Positions 26,019 to 32,000 of a stretch of 32,000 nt of DNA are shown here, one piece after another. Both the position numbers and the translations under genes were made by a program. Where the stretch lies: NCBI RefSeq assembly GCF_002310835.1, contig NZ_CP011041.1, forward strand, positions 2,820,001 through 2,852,000, read 5' to 3'. This stretch comes from Pseudoalteromonas tetraodonis (GTDB taxonomy: Bacteria; Pseudomonadota; Gammaproteobacteria; Enterobacterales; Alteromonadaceae). A model generated the notes under the pieces. That model ran no database searches. It was not told the origin of the DNA and worked only from the letters and a program-made list of their open reading frames with translations. The number at the start of each line of letters is the position of its first letter. The stretch's first letter is position 1.

Positions 26019-28685
26019 ATGAGTCTAAAACGTATTAGCCAGTTTTTTAATCCAAGCTCAGTCGCTGTTATTGGGGCATCAAACACCCCTACTCGGGCTG
26101 GTAATGTGGTAATGCGTAATTTATTACAAGGCGGGTTTAAAGGGCCCATCATGCCTGTTACACCCAATCATACTGCAGTGCATGGCGTATTGGCTTACTC
26201 AAGTATTGAAGCCCTTCCCAAAGTACCTGATTTAGCCGTTATCTGTACCAATAAAAACACCTTAATGAAAATTATTGAGCAGCTAGGTACGCTGGGGTGC
26301 CAAAGCGCTATTATTATTGCTGATGGCCTAACAGGTACCCAAAAACAAGAACTTAAAGATAACGCTGCAAAGCATAAAGTGACGCTGCTTGGCTCAAATT
26401 GCTTAGGGTTACTTATTCCGCATATAGGTTTAAACGCGAGTTTTTCGCACACTGTTGCCACGCCAGGTAAACTGGCTTTTGTGTCGCAATCAGCGGCTGT
26501 TTGTTCAACGATTCTTGATTGGGCTAAAAATAAAGAAATTGGCTTTTCATACTTTGTATCTATGGGAGATTGTTTAGATATTGAGTTTGACGAAATACTC
26601 GACTTTTTAGGCCGCGACGCTAAAACCAAAGCTATCCTACTTTACATAGATAACATTAATGATATTCGCAGCTTTATTTCTGCCGCGCGTGCGGCGGCAT
26701 TTTCTAAGCCCGTGATCGCTATTAAAACAGGCAGAACCAGTGCAGGCGCTCTTGCCGCTGAAATACACACCGGCGGAAAACAAAGCTCAGATGCAGTATA
26801 TGATGCCATGTTTCAACGTGCAGGGATGTTGAGAGTAAATGATTTGCGTGAACTCTTTGCCGCCACTCAAACCTTAGCAATGCACCCCAAATTACTGCAA
26901 GTAGAGCAGCTAACTATATTAACTAATGGCGGCGGCCCTGGAGTGATGGCCGTTGATGAACTTATTCAAAGCTCAGGTAAACTTGCTCAGCTTAGTGATG
27001 AAACGCGCGAAGCACTCAATAAAGTGATCCCACATTCAGACACAACATCAAACCCTGTCGATATATTTGGCGATTCTGCGCCAGTGCGTTACAAACACGC
27101 ATTAGAAATACTGCTTAATGCTAAAGAAGTTAAAAACTTACTGATCATTCATACTCCATCGGCATTGGCCCCGAGTGAAAATTACGCTCAGGTTATTGTT
27201 GAGGCACTGAACAAATTACCAAAAATGGCACGCCCGTATGTGATCACTAATTTCATGGGAGAAGATGCCGCCTTCGCAGCCAGACGCATCTGCGCAAATA
27301 ACGCCATTCCGACCTATCGTACCCCAGAAGGCGCAGTTGGTGCCTTTATGCACTTAGTAAGCTATCGTCGTAACCAAAAACATTTAACCCAAACGCCAGA
27401 ATCAAACACCGATGATGCAACTATTAATAAAGTAGCAGCGAAAGCAGCTATTAAAGAGTTTTTAAATGATGAGCAACATTACTTATCAACCCATCAAGCG
27501 AGTCAAATTTTAAGTAGCTACGGTATAGACTGTATCCAAACTGAAGTAGCCTACACCCCTACTGAGGCAAAAGAGCAAGCAATAGAGCTAGGTTTTCCGG
27601 TCGCATTAAAGTTGATGAGCCCCAGCATTCCCTCTAAGTCTGAAGTCGGTGGCGTAGTACTCAACCTCAATGATGCGCAAGAGGTAGAACAAACGGCATT
27701 TGCCATGCTGTTAAGAATAAAAAACACCTACCCTGATGCTATTATTGATGGCTTTTCGTTACAAAAAATGGCGCCTAGAGCAGGTGCCAATGAGCTGCGC
27801 ATAGCCATTAAAACAGAGCCTAATTTTGGGCCAGTTATTTTATTAGGTGAAGCTGGCACAGGGCTTGAGTACGCTCAAGCGGCGGTGGCCTTGCCACCAC
27901 TGAATATGAATCTAGCTAAATATTTAATTGCCGCCGCCCATGATAAAGGAGTCCTTAAAGATCGCATTCTGCCAGAAAAAGTAGATAAATATCGTTTATG
28001 TGCGCTACTGACCCGAATTTCTCAACTCGTTGTCGATCAACCCGATATCACCTCATTAGAGCTAAATCCTATTTTAGCCAGTAATGGGCAGTTTTTAGTC
28101 CTTGATGCCACCATGAACCTAAATCAGTATCAGGTTCAGGCGCACCGAAAACGTTTATCAATCCGCCCTTATCCTATTGAGTTGGTTGAAACGGTGACCC
28201 TAAAAAATAAGACCTTAGCAACGCTCAGACCAATCAAACCAGAAGATGAGCAGGCACATCAAGAGTTTGACCGCTCCTTAAGCAAAGAAGATAGATACAA
28301 GCGCTTTTTTGGTGAATTGCCACAATTTAACCATGATCAACTCGCTAAAATGACGCAAATTGATTACGACCGCGAGATGGCATTTATTGTTACCCAAACA
28401 CAAGACGAGCAACAGCACACATTAGGGGTTTCGCGAGTGATTATGGATCCCGATAACTTACAAGCAGAGTTTGCCATTGTGGTACGTTCTGATTGCCAAG
28501 GACTTGGGTTAGGGCGTATTTTAATGAACGCGGCTATTTCTCACTGCAGACGCCAAGGCGTGAAAACGGTTGAAGGTATCACCCTGCCAGAAAATACCGG
28601 CATGATTGAGTTGGCTCGTAAACTCGGGTTTAAAATAAGTCGTGATTTTGAAGAAGGCAGTATCAATATGCTGCTCACATTGTAA
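26019..28685 (+). CDS. pat: Protein lysine acetyltransferase Pat/YfiQ type (NDP-forming acyl-CoA synthetase-like domains plus C-terminal GNAT)
   Basis: 888 aa. N-terminus FNPSSVAVIGASNTPTRAGNVVMRNLLQGGFKGPIMPVTP is colinear with E. coli YfiQ/PatZ as I recall it. Central ATP-grasp-like region. C-terminal GNAT motif A (QGLGLGRILM). AAGGAAA SD. Confidence 0.85.
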   Translation: MSLKRISQFFNPSSVAVIGASNTPTRAGNVVMRNLLQGGFKGPIMPVTPNHTAVHGVLAYSSIEALPKVPDLAVICTNKNTLMKIIEQLGTLGCQSAIIIADGLTGTQKQELKDNAAKHKVTLLGSNCLGLLIPHIGLNASFSHTVATPGKLAFVSQSAAVCSTILDWAKNKEIGFSYFVSMGDCLDIEFDEILDFLGRDAKTKAILLYIDNINDIRSFISAARAAAFSKPVIAIKTGRTSAGALAAEIHTGGKQSSDAVYDAMFQRAGMLRVNDLRELFAATQTLAMHPKLLQVEQLTILTNGGGPGVMAVDELIQSSGKLAQLSDETREALNKVIPHSDTTSNPVDIFGDSAPVRYKHALEILLNAKEVKNLLIIHTPSALAPSENYAQVIVEALNKLPKMARPYVITNFMGEDAAFAARRICANNAIPTYRTPEGAVGAFMHLVSYRRNQKHLTQTPESNTDDATINKVAAKAAIKEFLNDEQHYLSTHQASQILSSYGIDCIQTEVAYTPTEAKEQAIELGFPVALKLMSPSIPSKSEVGGVVLNLNDAQEVEQTAFAMLLRIKNTYPDAIIDGFSLQKMAPRAGANELRIAIKTEPNFGPVILLGEAGTGLEYAQAAVALPPLNMNLAKYLIAAAHDKGVLKDRILPEKVDKYRLCALLTRISQLVVDQPDITSLELNPILASNGQFLVLDATMNLNQYQVQAHRKRLSIRPYPIELVETVTLKNKTLATLRPIKPEDEQAHQEFDRSLSKEDRYKRFFGELPQFNHDQLAKMTQIDYDREMAFIVTQTQDEQQHTLGVSRVIMDPDNLQAEFAIVVRSDCQGLGLGRILMNAAISHCRRQGVKTVEGITLPENTGMIELARKLGFKISRDFEEGSINMLLTL

Positions 28686-28693
28686 TAGGTACT

Positions 28694-29638
28694 ATGCGTA
28701 AACTAAGACAAACCATAAACCAAGTATTTGAAGCGTCAGGTAAGTATCAGCGAGCGGGACACATTTTAGATGTCATACTGATCAGCATAATTATGATTAA
28801 TGTGGTGGCGATTGTGCTTGAGTCGGTGCACAGCATCGCAACCGAGTACTATAGCGAGTTTTTAATCTTGGAGCTGGTATCAGTGGCTATATTTAGTGCT
28901 GAATACCTAATACGTGCTTGGACTTGTGTCGATCGCGTAAAGTACGCCTCCATGAATTGCTCAAATACACAAAAACGGATTCGATATATTTTATCACCAC
29001 TGGCAATTATCGATTTAATTGCCATTTTGCCTAGTTTATTAATGTTTTTCTTTGCTATCGATTTACGTTTTTTACGGGTACTGCGGTTGTTGCGGGTATT
29101 TAAGCTCACCCGTTATTCTCGAGCAATGCAATTGTTATTGCAGGCGTTTATTGATGAGTCGAGTTCATTACTGGCGGCATTTTTTATTATGTCTGTGGTA
29201 CTTATTTTAGCCTCTTGCGGTATTTATTTATTAGAGCACGACATTCAACCAGACAAGTTCGGCTCTATTCCTGCAGCCATGTGGTGGGCAATGGCAACCC
29301 TAACTACGGTTGGTTATGGCGATGTTGTGCCTATAACGCCTATTGGTAAACTATTTGGTGGCGTAATCACTTTGGTGAGTATGGGGATGGTTGCCATACC
29401 AACCGGTTTATTAGCGTCGAGTTTCTCAGAGCAAATACGCAAACGTCGCCAGCTATTTGAAGATGCCACCCACGAGAAAATAACCGATGGTAAGCTCACT
29501 GATGAGCAGATGCATCACCTTGAGGAGTTACGCTACAAACTAGGGCTAAGTAAACTAGAGGCCAATAAAGCAATAAAAGCAGAGCTAAATAAACGCAGCT
29601 CACACTTATTTTGCCGTCACTGTGGTAAGCGTCCTTAA
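28694..29638 (+). CDS. Voltage-gated K+ channel (6TM Kv-type ion transport protein)
   Basis: 314 aa. S4 voltage sensor LRFLRVLRLLRVFKLTRYSR (29063-29122) has Arg/Lys at every third position. K+ selectivity filter TTVGYGD (29303-29323). ~75-aa cytoplasmic tail without an RCK or CNB domain, ending in CRHC (29612-29623). Starts 8 nt after the pat stop. Confidence 0.85.
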   Translation: MRKLRQTINQVFEASGKYQRAGHILDVILISIIMINVVAIVLESVHSIATEYYSEFLILELVSVAIFSAEYLIRAWTCVDRVKYASMNCSNTQKRIRYILSPLAIIDLIAILPSLLMFFFAIDLRFLRVLRLLRVFKLTRYSRAMQLLLQAFIDESSSLLAAFFIMSVVLILASCGIYLLEHDIQPDKFGSIPAAMWWAMATLTTVGYGDVVPITPIGKLFGGVITLVSMGMVAIPTGLLASSFSEQIRKRRQLFEDATHEKITDGKLTDEQMHHLEELRYKLGLSKLEANKAIKAELNKRSSHLFCRHCGKRP

Positions 29639-29662
29639 TAAAATAATGTATTAAGCGGCGCC

Positions 29663-32000
29663 TTAAGCTTGTGAGAATACAGGGTGCCAATCGTGCTCAA
29701 TAAGCTCAAGCACCTGCTCTTTAGGCACCGCTTTACTAAACAAGTAACCTTGAAAGTAGCTACAACCTTGCGCTTTTAAAAAAGCCAACTGATGTGCGCT
29801 TTCAACCCCTTCAGCAATGCACTCTTTACCTAAACTGCTTGCTAAAGTTAGTGTAGATTGAATAATCGCTTCGTTATCAGAATCAATACCAATATCTTGC
29901 ACAAAGCTGCGATCTATTTTTAATACATCAATCGGAAAGCGCTTCAAATAAGTTAACGAGGCATACCCGGTTCCAAAATCATCCATGTACAACTTACAGC
30001 CTAGTTGTTTTAATAAGTCCATATTTTTAAGCGCATGTTCTGAGTCGCGCATTAAAATAGACTCTGTTATTTCAAATACAATAGCCTCGGGCGGCAGTGC
30101 TGCATTGTTTAGTGCTTGGCGAATTTCAGGGACGAGTCCGATAAATTCAAAATCCAGTGCTGAGAGGTTAATTGATAGGTATAGATCAGGACACACTTTA
30201 CGCCAACGAGCTAACTGCACCAAAGCACGCTTAAATGTTTGTAGCATTATTTTAGTGATTAAACCTATATTTTCAGCTACGTTTGCAAACTCTTGCGTAC
30301 TCGCTAACTGATTATCAGGCCAGCGTAGTAACACCTCAAAGCCCACTGTTTTTTGCGTAGACGCATTAATAATGGGTTGATAATAATTACAAAATTCATG
30401 TTCATGATAAGCTTTGATCAACTGTGATTCTAAATGCATCGCTCTTTCAACACGTTGATTCATTTCTTGTTTGTAAAACTTATAACACCCTTCCAAGCCA
30501 TCTTTAGCATAATAAAGCGCCACATTTGATGCTTTCAATAGTGCTTTATAATGCGCGGCATCATCAGGGAAAATAGCCACACCAATACTTAGGTGCACAT
30601 TGACGCTTTGCTGGTTCATAACGATGTCTTTACTCACGCAATCCATTAGTTTGGTGCATATAAGTAATACTTCTTCTATTTGCTGAATATCTTCAACTAG
30701 AATTACAAATTCATCACCGCCTAAACGCGCGACGCTATCACAAGGACGTAATGCTGTTTTCAAGCGGTTTGCCACCAGCTTTATTATCTCATCGGCGTTT
30801 TCTGTGCCAAATGAATCATTAAAATACTTAAACCGTTTTATATTAACGTGTAACAAAGCCACTTTACACTGATGGCGGCGCGCCTGATCGATGGCATGTA
30901 TAGCTCTGTCGTTAAACAAGGTTCTATTTGGCAGCCCTGTAAGTGAATCGTAATTAGCCAGTATATGCAGTTCGCTCTCGGCTGACTTTTGTGCATGAAT
31001 ATCTGTTAAAATAATCACGAAACTACTCAGCCTTTGGCTTTCATCAGCTACGGCGCTTATTTTAACCAGTACATGGCGTTGCTCTTTGTTTGCCAGAACG
31101 ACAGTGTCTTCACATGAAAAATGTTCGCCCACTTCAAGCTTTTGCATAATTCTTAAATAATCAAAATAGCTACTGCGGGACATTCCCAAATTAAGCGCAC
31201 GGGTTGAACGAGGCTCTGCTGATAAGCCAAAAGCGCTTTGCAGTGATTTATTTGAGGCACGTATATTAAAGTTTTTATCTAAGATAAACACCCAATCTCG
31301 GGTTTGTTCAAACGCGGCGGTAAATAACCGTGCATGCTCTTCAAACACCCTTTCGCGTGTCATATTGGTATACGTACCGGCTACTTTTTGCGGCGTTTTT
31401 TTGTCCCATTCAACCACCTTGCCAAAATCTTTGTACCAGCGCCAATGACCTTTGGCGTGGCGTAATCGGTAGGTACAATTAAAATACCCTTTATCTGTTG
31501 ATAAAAATTCTAACCACTCCAACCTAAAAATAGCACGCTCTTGAGGGTGAATTTTTTCTAGGTAGTCATCTAAACTCACCGAGTCATCCTCGTAGCCTAA
31601 TTCGTTGACTAATCTAGGCTGATAAATATTTAACTGGCTCGCCTGCCAATCCCATACCCCGGACTCACTTCCCTCTAGTGCAAGCTTTAAACGCGCCTCA
31701 CTGTCTTGGCTTTCTTTGTGTGCTGCCAATAAGATACGCTGTATTTTGTTGCGCCTCATTACCCATGCAGTCACTATGGTGATCAATAAAATGGCATAAA
31801 GCGCTAAAAAGTATGGAGCACGCCATAGCGGATATTTCACTTTAATATTTAACGTTGCTGGCGCAGTATAGTCGCCGGTCAGTGGATCTTTTGCCCAGAC
31901 TTTTAACTGGTAACTGCCTGGGTTTAATTTAGGAAACACCACTCGATTATTTCGGGTATAACTTTTTTTACCTTTATCGAGCTGATATTCATAAATAATG
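29663..32000 (-). CDS. Sensory c-di-GMP turnover protein: Y_Y_Y (periplasmic) - TM - PAS - PAS - GGDEF - EAL. The N-terminus lies beyond the window end.
   Basis: The ORF stays open past 31942 to the window edge; the track Met at 31942 is internal. YQLKVWAKD...NIKV is the end of a Y_Y_Y domain, followed by a TM helix (YFLALYAILLITIVTAWV). PAS cores (GVWDWQ..., FEQTRDWVFILD). GGDEF motif at 30707-30721 with RxxD I-site (RPCD) at 30737-30748. EAL domain with an EVL variant (30329-30337), plus EITES, DDFGTGYASL, KIDRSF, AEGVES and QGYLFSKA. Confidence 0.85.
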   Translation of the reverse strand, partial: IIYEYQLDKGKKSYTRNNRVVFPKLNPGSYQLKVWAKDPLTGDYTAPATLNIKVKYPLWRAPYFLALYAILLITIVTAWVMRRNKIQRILLAAHKESQDSEARLKLALEGSESGVWDWQASQLNIYQPRLVNELGYEDDSVSLDDYLEKIHPQERAIFRLEWLEFLSTDKGYFNCTYRLRHAKGHWRWYKDFGKVVEWDKKTPQKVAGTYTNMTRERVFEEHARLFTAAFEQTRDWVFILDKNFNIRASNKSLQSAFGLSAEPRSTRALNLGMSRSSYFDYLRIMQKLEVGEHFSCEDTVVLANKEQRHVLVKISAVADESQRLSSFVIILTDIHAQKSAESELHILANYDSLTGLPNRTLFNDRAIHAIDQARRHQCKVALLHVNIKRFKYFNDSFGTENADEIIKLVANRLKTALRPCDSVARLGGDEFVILVEDIQQIEEVLLICTKLMDCVSKDIVMNQQSVNVHLSIGVAIFPDDAAHYKALLKASNVALYYAKDGLEGCYKFYKQEMNQRVERAMHLESQLIKAYHEHEFCNYYQPIINASTQKTVGFEVLLRWPDNQLASTQEFANVAENIGLITKIMLQTFKRALVQLARWRKVCPDLYLSINLSALDFEFIGLVPEIRQALNNAALPPEAIVFEITESILMRDSEHALKNMDLLKQLGCKLYMDDFGTGYASLTYLKRFPIDVLKIDRSFVQDIGIDSDNEAIIQSTLTLASSLGKECIAEGVESAHQLAFLKAQGCSYFQGYLFSKAVPKEQVLELIEHDWHPVFSQA

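Noticed and set aside
29639-29662. TTAAGC-GGCGCC-TTAAGC motif considered as a terminator hairpin.
   Set aside because: The flanking TTAAGC copies are direct repeats, not inverted. Only the 6-nt GGCGCC is self-complementary, which is insufficient for a stable stem.
1-32000. Looked across the whole window for a defence island, toxin-antitoxin pair, prophage, integron, transposon/IS, CRISPR array, or tRNA/rRNA/tmRNA genes.
   Set aside because: No integrase, transposase, recombinase, nuclease-helicase or Cas-like ORFs. There are no repeat-spacer arrays and no terminal inverted repeats flanking any block. No intergenic gap exceeds ~160 nt. Gene order follows conserved core-genome synteny, so the region looks like ordinary chromosome.

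Overview
By eye this is a densely packed, AT-rich (~40% GC, not computed) stretch of gammaproteobacterial core chromosome. Protein sequences and gene order suggest an Alteromonadales / Pseudoalteromonas-like organism, but that is an impression, not a search result. Nearly every gene is a recognisable housekeeping gene. The order follows three conserved enterobacterial/pseudomonad blocks: (i) parE-yqiA-cpdA-yqiB-nudF divergent from tolC; (ii) glnE; (iii) rsmE-gshB-yqgE-ruvX, then pilU-pilT on the opposite strand, then yggS-proC-yggT-DUF4426-rdgB-hemW. The right-hand third is less universal: a DUF885 lipoprotein, an unknown ankyrin-like ORF, a SIMPL/DUF541 protein, a Pat-type protein lysine acetyltransferase followed 8 nt later by a 6TM voltage-gated K+ channel, and a truncated Y_Y_Y-PAS-PAS-GGDEF-EAL protein. 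I found no tRNA/rRNA genes, CRISPR arrays, transposases, integrases, phage genes or recognisable defence/toxin-antitoxin modules. No intergenic gap exceeds ~160 nt, so a large hidden non-coding element is unlikely. I do not see a convincing novel multi-gene system. The best candidates for a second look are the Pat-Kv gene pair, a 4x DUF350-repeat membrane protein paired with an acidic ORFan between glnE and rsmE, an orphan TcpQ-like gene after lpxL, and the ankyrin-like/SIMPL convergent overlapping pair. All of these are modest and hypothesis-level. Several ORF-track starts were revised by alignment logic and Shine-Dalgarno (SD) position: glnE, yqgE, yggS, yggT, DUF885, the ankyrin-like ORF and SIMPL. 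One edge-truncated CDS missing from the track (1..1072, minus strand) was added by hand translation.
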